A stretch of 64,000 nucleotides of DNA, taken from the human T2T-CHM13v2.0 reference genome, Homo sapiens. Below are positions 39,501 to 53,087 of the stretch, piece after piece (position 1 is the first letter of the stretch; the number at the start of each line of letters is the position of its first letter). The stretch lies in the NCBI RefSeq assembly GCF_009914755.1, contig NC_060936.1. The stretch is one strand, 5' to 3'. The notes under the pieces were generated by a model. The model made no database searches, was not told the origin of the DNA, and was given only the letters and a program-made list of their open reading frames with translations. A program made the translations under genes and the position numbers.

Positions 39501-42500
39501 AAGCTGTTGCCTCCCTGATGTGTCTGTTTAGTGACTTGAGCCAGAAAGATTCCCGGTTCTATGTGGGATGAGAATGAACGCAGGCAGGTCTCCACAGAAG
39601 TGAGTAAAGTAGAGCTGAGAAGAAGGACATTGTCTCATGCCAGCCTGTCCAATAGCCACTTTGCCCCAGCCCTGCCTCAAGCCCCAGAGAGATGACAAGG
39701 CTCTCTCTGTTTGTCGACTCCTTGAAGCTCAGAAAGGTGGGTCAAGAGGTGCCCATCAAGCGTTTAGGCAAGCACAGGACCCTGATCTTTACTAAGTCTC
39801 CACATCTCTCTTGCACAGCTCTGGGCTCAGGGCTTGGTCCCCTCTGGGCAGGCCATCCAGACTAAGTGACAGTCAGATTGTGTGTGGGGAGGCTAGAGAC
39901 ATCCATTCTTCATGGATCAGCCTGAACGGCTGGACAGATCTTGCAAATGGATTGTGTAAGACAGAGTGTGGAAGAGGAGGCTGTGATCAGTGGCTTGGAG
40001 AGCAGAGTGTGGTCAGGCGCTAAACCTAAGGCTTTTCTGGGAAGAGCTGTTAAGATTAGACTGTTCTCCCAAAAAGCCAATAATTCTGAGTGTCTCCATT
40101 AATGCCTAGGTAGCCCATACTCTCACCCAGCCGGTGCCCTTCAGCCTGGAACCTTTGGATGGAGGATTGGACCTTGTGACCTTCAAGTTCCCTTCCGAAC
40201 CAAATATGCTCTAACCCAGGTATGCTGTTATTTTCTTACATAACGGGAGCAAGGAGGCACTGGGATGCCCAAGGCGTCTAGGGTCTCACCATGACACCCC
40301 TGGTCTCCTGCCCTAGTGGTCTGGCTGGGTCCTGCACAGAGCCCTCTCTTGTAATCAGCCAGATCTCCAAGAGCCACGGCTCCACACAGACCTACCCATA
40401 GATGGATGGCAGGGTGTGCCCTGCACACATTCATCCCTGCCCCGCTCAGCTTCCTGCCCCTCTGCCTTCCTTCAGCCTTGGCCCCAGGAGAAGCAGACTC
40501 TTGGAGGCAATTCCAACAGGCTGCAATTCCCAGTCCAGCTCCGGCCCTTACTTCCTGCACGTCTCAGCCTGGCCTCCTCATCTGTAAAGCAGGGGTGAAT
40601 ACTACCTCTTTGGATGCAGTGGAGTGTGGTGGGTCATGGTGGGTCAGAGCATGGGCTTGGAGCTAGACCACATGCCACTCGCCAGCAATGTGTGTCGCAC
40701 ATTTGAAAACTTCACATTTTCCTGCTGCCTCCACATCCCCAGACACAGGTGGTGTGCACCTGCCTGGGTGACCCAGTGCACTATTGTCACGGGGCCGGCC
40801 GTGCCACAAGTTCCCCTGACTGTGACCTAGTAACGTTCAAATGCACTGGTGGAATTCCCTCGTGTCTGTTTTTGGTGTGCTTCACTCTGATCCCCAATAA
40901 AAAAGCCTCACCCGCTCTCTGCCCCCCACCTGCTTGGTGGAGCCTGGGCCCTGGGTGCTCCTCCCATGCGACCCCTCCCAGCGGAGTGTGCAGTGACTCT
41001 GTGGGGCCTGTGAGTCTGGGAACACCTGTTGTCCTGCGCCTCTCCTGTGCCTCCTCTTGCGGCTGCCCCCGATTGACCATTGCCTAAAATAATCACACAC
41101 ACAGTGTGGTTCTGGACAAATCACTTCCCTGCCCCTGCCCTCTGTTTCCTCCCCTGTCAATGCACATAGTAAGAATAAGCTGCTCTTTGGGGCACAGAGA
41201 GGACAGAGTTGACGTGTGAGTGTTGAGAATGGTGCTTGGCCGAGAGTTCAGATTATTGGGACTTTGCAGGTTGCTATAGTAAGGACAGAGGTAGGTGGCT
41301 CTCGGTGAACAGTGGCCATTTGTGTTCTAATCAGGCCCCAGGAGGAATGCAGGGGGCTGTTTCCCTGTGCTGCAGGGACTACTGGCCTTTAAGGGCTCCT
41401 CAGAACCAAGGGTCTGGGTCAGAAGAAAGGTTCCAGGTGAGGGCTTCTGCCTTCCCTCTTGTGCTGTCCAGAGGTGAGTCCTGTCCTCCCTCAACAAGAT
41501 GACCTGGTGGAAGGAAGGAGGCAGCGGAGACCACGCGGCTTGGCTGCCTGCCTGTGGGCAGACCTGCAGGTGTGAGGGGCGGAAGCTTGGCCTGAAGCCT
41601 GAGGCCAAGCTGAAGGCCAAGCCTGCTGGGGGGCACAGAGCCAGACAGGACACAGTGGGCTCGCCAACACTGCAGAGGAAAGGGGTTCTCTCTCTGGGCC
41701 CAACAGCACTGGTCCCGCAAGCCTCAGGCCCCCTAAGGGCTGGTCGGTGCTGCACAGAGAGAGTGTCTCCACCCCAGGCCATGGTACGTGCCCGGTTCAC
41801 TGTCCCACCACGTGCCTCCATCCAGCTACGTTGGTCAGGTCTAGGATGTGCCACTCGGCTCTCGGGGACCTCAGCTGAGCGACCACATTGCCCAGGATGC
41901 TGGAAATCCTCACGATAGGCCCCAGGCTGGAGGGCTGGGTGGGGGTATGGCTGGCTCCTGGCACACCAGTCCCCAGTGCTGGAAAAGAGCTCAAAGCCCA
42001 TGCCCTGGGGCCTTCACCCTGCAGGCCTATCACATCCACTCTCCCAGCGCCCTGGCTGTAGGCTCTCCCTCTCTTCCAAACGGGAGGGCCGTCCTGCAGG
42101 CCCGTACACAGGCGCTTCATATCCACAGCTGGAAACTAGGTCGCTGCTGGTGAGAGGCAGCAGGGGACGGTCCACAGGCTTTCGCAGCACCCTTCCTCTG
42201 CCACTGGTTCCCTGGGTCACTGTGCAAAAGCAGAGGCTGCAAAGTCTGTGGTGGAACCCGGGAAGCCGGAGAAGGAACACGGGGGCCTTTGAGGCTTCTT
42301 CCCGCTGCCCGATTCCTTTCAGGCTCGGCCTGATTTCTCTTTGAGACTTGGGCTGGTTCTGCCCCTCACACTTCCTTGCTGGTCTGGACATTTTTCAGCC
42401 TCATCTGTCCTCTTCTTCTCTTCCCACACACTAGGCTTTGACCCTTGGGAGGGGCTGTGGGGTGAAGAGAGGCCCCAGGCAGCAGGGAGCTTGCCTCTGC

Positions 42501-42759
42501 CAAGAGGGCATGGAAGTTAGGGAGTTGGGGTCTGCCTGAGTCCTGAGCTGGGCTCCAGGCCTCTGGTCCTGCACATTCCACCCCAGCCTCCCCTCCTGAC
42601 ACTCTGGGCAGCTGCGGATCTTCCCAGCTTCCCAGGAAGAAGGCTGTCAAGGAGGCTCTGGTGCCTGTAACACCAGCCATGCACCAGGCGATCTCCAAAC
42701 ATTCAGATCAGTGGGATCTGATCAGGCCTCTAGATCTAACCACCAGGTGGGCATGTTAG

Positions 42760-43387
42760 ACAACATCATGGGGGTGTCATCAGAAAATCCAGACTGGGAG
42801 AAACGTGACAGGACAAATGACGTGGTTCTTCAGCACATACATTGCAAGAGGAGAAAAAAGGAGAGAGAGAGATTGATGGTGGAACTTAGAGGCTACAGGA
42901 GACTTAGGAGACCAATTAACTGATTTTAACACATGGATGTAATTTAGATTCCGACCCCAAAAACTTTTTTAAAAAGAACAGTTTATGGGTCAGTTGGGGA
43001 GAGCTGAAACTGCCTGGTTATTTCGTGATATTAAGGAATCAACTGTTAATAGTTTTTAGGTATGATAATGGTAATGTTACTATGTTTTCTAAAAGAGGAT
43101 CCTTAAGTTTTAGAGGTACATACTGAAATATTTGTTTTTTAAATGTTTTAAAAAGTTTATTGCTCTTTCAGAAATATGCTGACATATTGACAGATGATTT
43201 GATATCTGGGATTGCTTCAAAACCATCCTGGGGTGGGGAGAGGGAGGGATGGAGGGGAGGGTGCAGGCCAGCGAATGGAGATGGACTATGAAGTGGTAAC
43301 TGTTGAGCCCTGGGTGATGGGAAGATGGAGGTTCATTAAAGCACTTTTTAAAATTTTTGCATATCTTTGAAAATTGCCATGATAAAA
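42760..43387 (+). mobile_element. Old L1 (L1MC/L1ME-type) 3' end
   Basis: AT-rich; GATATTAAGGAAT, TACATACTGAAATATT, TCTGGGATTGCTTCAAA, TTTGAAAATTGCCATGATAAAA. Confidence 0.72.
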
Positions 43388-43391
43388 TCTG

Positions 43392-43610
43392 GAAGGAGCA
43401 GGAAGAGAAACAGGAAGAGAAAGGATGAAAGAGAGGGAGAGGAGGACGAGGGGAAAAAAGAGGAGGAGGAGGAGGAGGAGGAAGAGAAGGCAGAGGAAAA
43501 GGGAGAAGGAGGAGAGGAAGGAGAAGGGAAGGGAGAAGGGGAAGGAGAGGAGGGAGAAGAAGGAAGGGGCAGAGGAGGAGGAGAGGGAGGAGGAGAGACA
43601 GATGAGAGGG
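43392..43610. repeat. Purine-rich (GGA/GAA) low-complexity tract
   Basis: About 220 nt almost entirely G and A, following the L1 end. Confidence 0.9.
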
Positions 43611-43811
43611 AGCTACTACTGCAGCTGCCGAGGCTGGCCTCCTGGCCTGTGTCCTAAGATCCTGGAGAACACCAGGCTGGCGAGCAGCCACCCCCTCTCT
43701 GGCTGCCCCATGGCCTCAGCCGCTTCCCACTCCAGGACTGGAGCCCTTCTTCCTTGCTGGGGACCTCACTGGGAAATAGGGTGGTAGTGCAGGGTCCCCC
43801 TCCCTGCAGAG

Positions 43812-44003
43812 CATGGAGAGGCAGCCCTTCTGCTCCTAGGAGATGGTGCTGTTGCCCAGGAAGCCGGTCACCATGACGAGAGTACCCGCTCAGATGAGGA
43901 TGCAGGCGGAGGCGGTGAAGGTGCTGGAGGCCAGGATGCTGAGGTAGCTGCTCCTCTCCACCAGGGTCCAGATGCCCATGGCCAGGACAGCTGCCCCCCT
44001 GAC
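43812..44003 (-). pseudogene. TSPAN11-like CE2: VRGAAVLAMGIWTLVERSSYLSILASSTFTASACILI*AGTLVMVTGFLGNSTIS*EQKGCLSM
   Basis: CCTGCAG acceptor, 192 nt, GIW and GFLG tetraspanin motifs; in-frame TGA (43890-43892) and TAG (43836-43838); expected donor position reads CT, not GT. Confidence 0.94.
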
Positions 44004-44064
44004 CTGCAGGAGACCACCAGGTTGGAGCAGGGGGTGGCGGGGGCCTCAGGAGCTGCCATTCCTT

Positions 44065-44250
44065 GAGTGCCCGCTGGGTACCAGGCACTTCTCGTGCATT
44101 GTCTTATTCAATTTAGGCCTCCTAAGAGCCTGTGAGAACAGTGTGGTGGCCTAGCTTTACAGATGAGGAAACGGAGGCTGAGAGAGGTTTGCAGGCTTGT
44201 CCAAGGTCACACATGTAAGCGAGCTGCAGATTTTGAATCTGGGTCTGACT
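44065..44250 (-). mobile_element. MIR SINE
   Basis: TTTACAGATGAGGAAACGGAGGCTGAGAGAGG...CTTGTCCAAGGTCACAC. Confidence 0.8.
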
Positions 44251-45635
44251 TCTGATTCTGTGCATCTTACTATGGTTCCTACTGCATATGAGGCGGGGAG
44301 AAATGACTTCAGTTTTGGGGATGACTAATATACCTGAGTCCCTTCGCCTCCCCTCCCCTCAGAGCGCTCCCTCCCTCTGTCCACGTTTCCCTGATGGATG
44401 TGGAGGTGCCATTTTGAGCACCTCCCCTTGTTCAATCCTTATATTTGCCCATTGGGGAAGCACGGCTGGGCCCCTTATCCCTCCCTGTTCTACAGAGGAA
44501 GGAACTGAGGCCCATGGAGGAGAGGTAAATGGCCCGAGTTAGGGGCAGGGCCAGGACCAGGACTCAGAGCCCAGGGCCTGCTTGCTCAGTCTCGCTGCCT
44601 CCATGATGGAAGGGCCACTGTGCTGGACAAGTTGGAGCTCCCTGGGACCACAGGAGGAGGGAGGAGAGCCTTCTTTGCTGTCTGACTCCCTTTCAGTCCT
44701 GAGAGGGGGCAGGGACGGGACACTGCTGATTTGCAGGTCTGGGGGATGCCTTCTTGGAAATAGAGTACCTGGGAAATGTAGCTGGGGTGGTGGGGCTTGA
44801 CTGTTCTTTCCTGCCATGAAGCTGAGGAGCCTTTTAGTGACTGTTATCCTCAGCAGAGCATAGTGGGTGGGTGCAAGTGTCCTCAAGGTGCCAGATGGGG
44901 GCTGTTTGGAGTGTTTTCCCAGGATTTGGGTCCTCTGGGACCTCTGACCATCTCTGTCATTTGCTCCTGGGAAGGTGGACTTCTGTCTCCCAGTCTCTCT
45001 GCCCGCCATTTAGGGACGGGTCCATTTCCTCTGATGGTCAGTAGATGCTTCCTCAAGGGGTCTTGGGTGTAGCCAAAGCTAGAGAAGCCCTCCCGGGCTC
45101 TGTTCACATCCCCTGATGCTTTTCCCTGCAAGTTGTCTCCCGTCTGCCCCAGGAAGACTCTCTGTATAACCTAACCTGTCACTTCCCAGTTCTCTGTTCC
45201 GGGGAGTCGCAGACCTTGGCTGAGTAAATGGAAGGTGGTTCTTAGCAATGAACAGGCACCTACATTACTCAACTCGCAAGTATTTTACCATTTTGCCATT
45301 TTCTCTTCTGAGCTTTGCAACAGCTCTGTGAGGATGGGGCCGGGCAGGAGGGGCCAGGCTATCCCTGTCTTGCAGATAAGAAAATTGAGGCTTGGAGAGA
45401 ATAAGAATGTGCCCAAGATGACACCATCAGAGGGTCAGAATTGAGGTGCAAACCCAGTTATTTGAGGGCAAATCCAGGCCTCTGTCCTTGGATCCCCCAG
45501 AGTAGGCTGGGCCTGCTTCTCTCTTACTTCTACGTTTTTAATAGACATGATTTCTTCAAAGTGCCATTTTATCTCCATAGGTACCTCCAGACACCACCCA
45601 GGCTGCAGCAAATGGAATGGGAGAGGCTAACACAC

Positions 45636-45810
45636 CATAATTTTTCAATTCCATGATGCCCATTTTTTCTCACATTTTAACGTCTCTAAAATTGGGGCAC
45701 ATCTTATGATTGATGGCATCTTACAATTACACTTGGCAGTACTTTTTCTTGGTGATACAAAAAAACAACAGTGTATCTTACAACTGATAGCTTAGATTCA
45801 GTGAAATCCT
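45636..45810. mobile_element. MER104-like (TcMar) DNA transposon relic
   Basis: CACATTTTAACGTCTCTAAAATTGGG...GATGGCATCTTACAA resembles the recalled consensus. Confidence 0.55.
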
Positions 45811-48800
45811 AGAATACAACAGGTTTGAAAATTCTCTGTGGGTGAGTGTTATCTGTGGCCCATACAACCTCCATGACCAGTGAGGGATTTCCTGAGTCTG
45901 GGTTCCAGCAAAATATCCTGGACAGAATTCTTTTTGACCCTCTACAGCATGCCTGGAAGGCTTGGGCACGGGTCCCAACTGTGTATAACTAGCTCCGTGA
46001 CCTAAAGAGAGTCCCTGAACCTCTCCAGACCTCAGTTTCTTCACCTCTCGAAGAAGGGAGTGAGTTATATTAGACCAGTAGTTCCCAGCCTGTAACTACC
46101 AAGGACCGTTTGATTATTTTTTCCCATGGGTTTTATGTTTTGAGGGCTTTTGCCTATCAACGTGCATTAATTAAGTAATAATTCACTTCTCATTTTTTAT
46201 TAATCAAAGGCACATATAGTGCCAGGAAGAGATTCTGAACAGCATGAGACAGTCAACTTGACCACACTGAGTTGATCTAACTCCAGCAAAAGGCCAAGAA
46301 TCTTGGCTTTTCATGAGAATAGCCTCTTTATAGAAATATGCACATTATCTGTGATCTGTTAGGCTTCTTAAGCCTGTCCCTCAAACCAGAGTGGGGGCTG
46401 AGCATATGGCTCTGGGGCCACCAAAAGACATATGTTTGGACTGGTCTGGGGACCATCTGTTGGGAGACACAGAACCTCACTGAAAGCCTGATGAAAAGCT
46501 TTGCATCCTTTGCCCAGAGAAATGGTCATTCACACAAAACAATACCCTTGGGGCCAGGGGCTGAAGTCTATTTTGCACTACCTAATGACCTGTGGCCTTT
46601 ATGGTCTGTAGGCCTCCTGCACCCCTATGGTGCCCTAAGACCTGGCTGTACAATCACCTGGGGAGCTTTGAAAAACCCAGGCCCCCCTGCAGGCCCATCC
46701 GTGTCTGTGGGAGTGGGACCCAGCCATGAATTTTTTATGAAGTTCCTGGGTGATCCCAGCTGAGAACCATTGCCCAGAATTAACGAATGGGGTCCAGGTG
46801 TCCTGCCCTCCTCTTCCCAGTTGGTGACGCTGTGCTGAGCCTCGCAGAACACAGCGGCTTCCCGGTCGCTCAGTCCCAGGAGGGGCCCCTTGAAGCTCCA
46901 GGTTCCCTCCCCTGGGAGGAGTTGCCTGGAGGGCTACTGAGATTTGTTCAGGACCTGAACCCCATCCTTTCCTTCCGTGTGTTTGTTAGGGTGTTTGCTT
47001 TGGCAGAAGCTTTAAGGTAGAAAGTGGGGTAATCCTGAGGAACAGAATTTTCATCTAAAGGGGCAAAAATCAGATTATGCAAGAAAGGAAAAAACCATGG
47101 CTCCCAGGGGAGTCGGAGGCTATGAGAAATGCAGCCCCGGAGAGGAGCAGTGTGGATCTGGCCGACGGAGGCCTGCTCTCTGCCAGGGCACCTGCAGGCC
47201 ACACAAATGGGGCTGGGATCTTGCAAAGCTTGCAAAGTGACGCCGGATCCTGGGCCACGGGGCAGGGTCTGGAAGGGGTCTGGAGGGACACATTTCCCTG
47301 ATTCAGGTCTAGAGAACAACAAATCCACATGCATTGCTGTCCAGAAGAAATCAGGAGATGAGTCTGGGTCAACGGGGCCTGGTTATACTTAGCCAGGGGT
47401 CTGCAGGAGCCAGAGTGCTGCAAGTCCTCCGGGAAGCTCCTGCCGGGGACGTGGTCAGCTCTTTAGAAAGCAAGCTTTCCTCTGAGCAAGGGAAGGAAAA
47501 CTGCTCACTGTTGGAATGGGTCACCAGAGGGTGCCACGGGAGGGCGGAAGTCAGCAGGTCTGCATGCCAGTCCTGGCCGTGCCCTTGACTGGGTATGTGA
47601 CTGTGGACAGACAGTTGGCCTCTCAAAGCCTTAGTTTCTTCATCTGCAAATTGGGGGCACTGGATGGGAATATCTCTGAGGTCCCTTCCACATGGTTAAA
47701 CTGTCCCTGTTAGTATTGGGCAACAGTGTTCTGCCAAGACACCACCAGCAAGATGCTTCTGGACCAGCGGCTCATGGCTGTCACTCAAACCACTTGGAAA
47801 CTGCCCAGTTCAACAGAAAGCAGTGGAAGACTGGTGGGGCAGGGAGAGCGCTGACCCCAGTGAGCGGTTTTAACAACCATTGGCGTAGAGTTGATTCAAC
47901 AGTATTTGGCTCTTTGTAGAAACTGGGTTGGTTTTCTGTGGAGTATTAACTGCATTTCTCAAAACCATAGCCTGTGGCCGATTAGCCAGCAAACGCTGCA
48001 TAGGGTGAAGTCAGGCAATGAGGACATGAGCAGACCAGTAAGGGCAGAGCAGGTCACCCATGCCGTGTAATTTTAGGAACTTCCCATTTATAGGAGAGAA
48101 ACATTGCCAAAGTGTGGCCCACGTCATCATGGGGAGAAGCGTTAGCTTGAACTGCCACACATGCCTGGGGCTGGATAGAAATAAGGCAGCAGGCTTGAAG
48201 GAAAGCAGGCAGTGGCGTAACAGTAAATGTAGGATTTTTCTTTGTCCTGCTAGCTAGGGCTTCTGTGTTGACAGCTGGGGGGAGGATGGGGTGGGGCAGG
48301 AGCCAGGACCATGGGACGCCCAGTAAAGAAGGATCCCCCGGGCAGGGGAGTTCTCTACCTTCGGTGCTGGGGTTGGGTGGGGGGAGCCCATGGCATGGGA
48401 GGCAGAAATGCACTGGCTGACAGTATAGTTCATTTGTTTGATGTTTGCTACTAGGAACCAAGCATCACGCTGGACTGAAAAGGTTTTTGGCCTGGACAGG
48501 AGTTCCCCCACTGGGAACCACACACATCATCCGTGTCTCTCCTTCCAGGTCGGTCTGGTCAATGGCACCATCACCCACCCACCCTAGACCAGACTAGACA
48601 CCTCAGGGTCATTATTGACTCCTTCCTCTCCGCTCAATGACAGCCAGTTCTCCTCTGCTCTCAAACCTGTCTCCATCTCCCCACCGTCAGCTCCCAGCTC
48701 CTGCTCTACCTGCAGGCTGGCACGCTGTGCCCCAAGGCACTCCCTGCTGAGCAATCCCCACAGGCTCCAACAGCCAGAGCCCCAAGCCCAGACTCTTTTG

Positions 48801-50923
48801 CATGGCCTCAGGGCTCTTACGTGTCTGGCCTTAACCTATTTTTGGCTTTATCTTCTGCTACTTTCCTTCCTCCGTACCTGGGCTTTAATCACCATGAACA
48901 AAGTAGTTGCTTTTCTTGTAAACATTGTAGATACCCATTAACTATGGCAGCAATAGTAGAGTGGTAAAGAGGGTGAACTCTGGGGTGAAGTACCGGTGTC
49001 CGAGTCCAAGCCCCTCTGTTTACGGCTGTGTGGATTTGGATAGGTTACCAAACTCTGGGCCTCTGAGAGGCTCTCTCCTGTCCCTTCCCAACCTGCTCAC
49101 ATTGTTCTCTTTGCCGTTCCTTTTCCACTGAATTCCTACTCACCCATGAAGCCCCATCTCCAGTGCGGCACCTGCTCTGACTCTGCTGGGCAGGTGAGCT
49201 TGTCCCTCTCGTGCACACCTGTGGCACTGCTCCCCTCACAGCAGCCCTCGGCCCGGGGGTGGGAGACTCCCCCGACTCCCCTCAGAACCCCGGGCCCAGC
49301 AAACCACCTGGCACCTGGCAGCCGCCCACATGAGCATGGGACTCCACGAACGGGGCTTTGTAGGGGGCTTTGGAAATAGCGGCATCTGCTCCCCTCACCC
49401 GTCTGTCTGCTGAGCTCCTGAGGCAACAACGAGTATCCCCCTTCCCTGTTTTATGGCCGTTTTTATTTTTGGAGGGGCAGTCTGCAAAGTGCCAGCAGTC
49501 CCCGAGGGCAATGGACTTTCCTCCAGGTCATTAGGAAGAAGCCCCTGGAAAGGATCTTCATGCCAGACCAATGCTTGGCTATTCTCGTTCTTTCTTTCAA
49601 CCCACACCCACTGTGCACTTGCTATGAGGACGCCAGGCTCTCAGGCCATAGTGGGGTCCACACCTGTCACTTCACCTGCCCTCATGTCGCAGGCCAGTGA
49701 CTAGATGGGAAGGCCCAGCAATCACCAGGGTGATTTCCATTAGAAAGAGAGGAGAATGGGTCTAATTTCAGGGAGGGGGGCTGGCAAACACAGCCTGGGG
49801 GCTCAGGAGAGGACTGGGAGGCCATGTCTGAGCAAGGCTCGGTTGCTTGTAAAGAATGGTACCCCGTTCCCACATCAGAAGAGTCAGCTGAACCCCGGGC
49901 TGCAGTCCCAATAGTGCACTGCTGAGCCTGGCGCTCACCTGCAGGGTAGATGGCACCTCAGTGCCACACCTGAGCCTCTGAGCTCTCCAGGAGGGCATAG
50001 GCAGGCATGTATCAGGCACCACTGCTCACCCTGCTTGTGAGTGACGTTTTTCTGAGCACCAGGCAAGCACTTCTCCCCGGCTCTGTCCATGCTGCCATTG
50101 CCTTGGTTTGACTGAATCTTCAAGGACAGGCTTGTCATGCTAAGGGCCATTTTCCACTTTGAGGCATTCTTTTCTTGGTTCTCTGGTTTTAAAGAGCACT
50201 TGATAAAATAAATCAGAGCACTGCTTCCCCCTCTGTCTTCCCCATCCCATCTACCCTTATAACAAGAGCAGAATCTCATGGGGCATACCGAGGGGTGGAG
50301 CTGGAAAGGAACATAAAATCACCTTCCAAACCCAGCTCAGTATCCAAGGGAAACCTTCCTTGGAGCTGTCTCTCCCCACTCCTCAGCAAACCATTCTGTC
50401 CTCTGTACCAGCTCCATGTCTTGCCCATGTTTTTGTAATTATACTCATCACTGCCTATTTGTTTTATTTGCTACCTTGTGTGTCCTCTTTTAGCCTCTTG
50501 ATAAAACCTTATTCATCTTGGTATCTCCAATGGAGTCCTACATGTGGGAGGGAAGAAAGAAGGAAGAAAGGAAGGGAGGGAGGAAGGAAGGGAGGAGGGA
50601 ATCGAGTTCAACCCCTTTTATATTCTGGAGGGAGAAACTAAGGCCCAGAGAAAAGTGACTTTTCCACAGTCACACAACTAGCCAGGGGAAGCATGGAGTC
50701 TAGAACTCAAGAATCCTAATGCTCAGTTTAGTGTCCATTTTACCAATTGGGCTGCTGACCCACACGAAGCTGCTTGGCCCAGGAAGCAAGTTGTGCGGTG
50801 CCTGGGCTACAGTAGATCTAGAGTCCCTGAGCTGCAGATGGGCAGCTAGGAGGGGTGACCACAGCTTCATCCTGACTTGTCTCACTCACCATGGCCCCGA
50901 GCAGACCAAATGCACATCCCTCT

Positions 50924-51278
50924 TGATATGGTTTGGCTGTGTCCCCACCCAAATCTCATCTTGAATTGTAGTTCCCATAATCCCCACATGTCGTGGGTGG
51001 GACCTGGTGGGAGGTAATTGAATCATGGGGGCGGGTCCCCCATGCTGTTCTCATGAGTGAGTTCTCATGAGATCTGATGGTTTTGTAAGGGGCTTTCCCC
51101 CCTTTGCTTGGCACTTCTGTCTCTCCTGCCACCTTGTTTGCTTCCCCTTCCACCATGATTGTAAGTTTCCTGAGGCCTCACCAGCCATGCTGAACCATGA
51201 GTCAGTTAAACCTCTCTCCTTTATAAATAACCCAGTCTTGTGTATTTCTTCATAGCAGCATGAGAATGGACTAATACA
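50924..51278 (+). mobile_element. THE1C-like solo LTR (ERVL-MaLR)
   Basis: TGATATGGTTTGGCTGTGTCCCCACCCAAATCTCATCTTGAATTGTAGTTCCC...GGACTAATACA; TG...CA ends. Confidence 0.92.
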
Positions 51279-52220
51279 CCCCTCAGCCATGGCCCTGTCC
51301 CCCAGCAGATCCTGACAGCCAAGAGGGGTAGAGGTGCCCCGAAAGCCGTGGGGAGTCCCATGCCATTCAGCATCTCAAGAAGCGGTGCAGCAGAGAAACC
51401 AGCTACGAGGTCCCTCACCTGTTTTTCCTCAAATGGCAAGCCCAGGAAGGGGGCAGAGGCCACGTTCAGTGGGGTGATGCTGTCCGAGGTGAAGGGCTTT
51501 CTAGCTCTGGCAAAGAGGTGAGCAGAAGGCCCCACCAGGGCCTCCCTAGATCCTGAAGTGATGCTCCCAAGCCACCTCATTCCCCTGCCAGGCTCGGTCC
51601 TCCATCTTCTCTGCCACCTGTCTTGGTCCCATGCCTCCTTTAAGGGCTCCCAAGCTTCCCTGTAGGCTGAGCCCTCCTGGCGGCCTGGGAAGGAGCAAGG
51701 TCTCCGCTTCAGGAGCAGAGGCAGCCTCTCCAGTCACGGAGTGCTTCCCATTGCCTGGCAGAGCTCCTGGGAGGCTGGAAAAGTTTTGATTATGAACACA
51801 GCCAAGCAGCTAATTAAAATAATAAATTAGAGAAAAACATTGCAGGGGTAATGGTAGCTGCAGGGAGCCGTGGAGGAAAAGGGAGGGGAAAGAAACACAT
51901 CTTCTAGGTGGCCGCCTAGGAAAGCCTGGGCCACATTTTCTTTTTAGGGCCATGAAAGAGGCATGAAAGTGTGGCATTTTGGTTCCTCCTCTGCTCAGCA
52001 GGATCATCCCATAATGATTATGGCTTAACTGAAACCCTAGGTGGGGTGGGGCGGTGGGAGTCAGAGATAGGGTGACGGGGAAGAATTGCCACCTGAATCC
52101 TGCTTCGTGTTTTGCAAACTTTGGAATGTGACCCATTTGGGTGATAAAATAAATTTAGTGGGTTGTAACCTGCACTAAAAAAAGTGAGCTAAAATAGTAG
52201 AGAAAATATCAGCATGCATC

Positions 52221-52776
52221 TGTATTAGGATTTTCTAGATGGGTAGAACTAATAGAATCTACGTATATATGAAAGGGTGTTTATTAAGGAGAATCGACTC
52301 ACAGGATCACAAGGTAAAGTCCCACAATAGGTCGTCTGCAAGTTGAGGAGCAAGGAAGCCAGTGGTGGATCAGTCCGAGTCCCGAAACCTCAAAAGTAGG
52401 GAAGCCGACATTGCAGACTTCAGGCTGTGTCCAAAGGCCCAAAAGCCCCTGGCAAACTACTGGTGTAAGTCCAAGTGTCCAAAAGCTGAAGAACTTGGAG
52501 TCTCATGTTCGAGGGCAGGAAGCATCCAGCATGGAAGAAAGATGAAGGCCAGAAGACTCAGCAAGTCAAGTCCTTCCATGTTCTTCTGCCTGTTTTATTC
52601 TAGCCATGTTGGCTGCTGATTAGACGGTGCCCACCCACATTGAGGGTGGGTCTGCCTGCCCCAGTCCACTGACTCAAATGTTAATCTCCTTTGGCAACAC
52701 CCTCACAGACGCACCCAGGAAAAATACTTCACATCCTTCAATCCAATCAAGTTGACACTCAGTGTTAACCATCACA
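52221..52776 (-). mobile_element. MLT2A-type (probably MLT2A2) solo LTR of HERV-L
   Basis: Minus strand starts TGTGATGGTTAACACTGAGTGTCAACTTGATTGGATTGAAGGA; perfect 5-bp TSD GCATC (52216-52220, 52777-52781). Confidence 0.92.
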
Positions 52777-53087
52777 GCATCATATACCGTAAGGGTAAGT
52801 TTAGTTTTCTGAATGTTTCGTGTGAGCATTTCTTATGCTTCCATGCATATCATGAGTCACCATCAGAAAAGTCTCAAAGTCAGCACTATGGACAGAGAAA
52901 GTCATTAAAGAGACCAGGCATGCCCATCAGTCTAATCATAATAGTTATGCATAATAGCTAAGCACTGAGTATGTGGCACAAATTGTGCTATTTTTCTAAA
53001 TAGTAACCTCTAATTCTTACAGGTATTGGTATTCTCATGTAGCATATGAAAAAACTGAGGCTCAGTGAGATTAAGTGATTTGCCTAA

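Noticed and set aside
43110-43787. E/G-, R/K- and L/P-rich ORFs
   Set aside because: Translations of the purine low-complexity tract.
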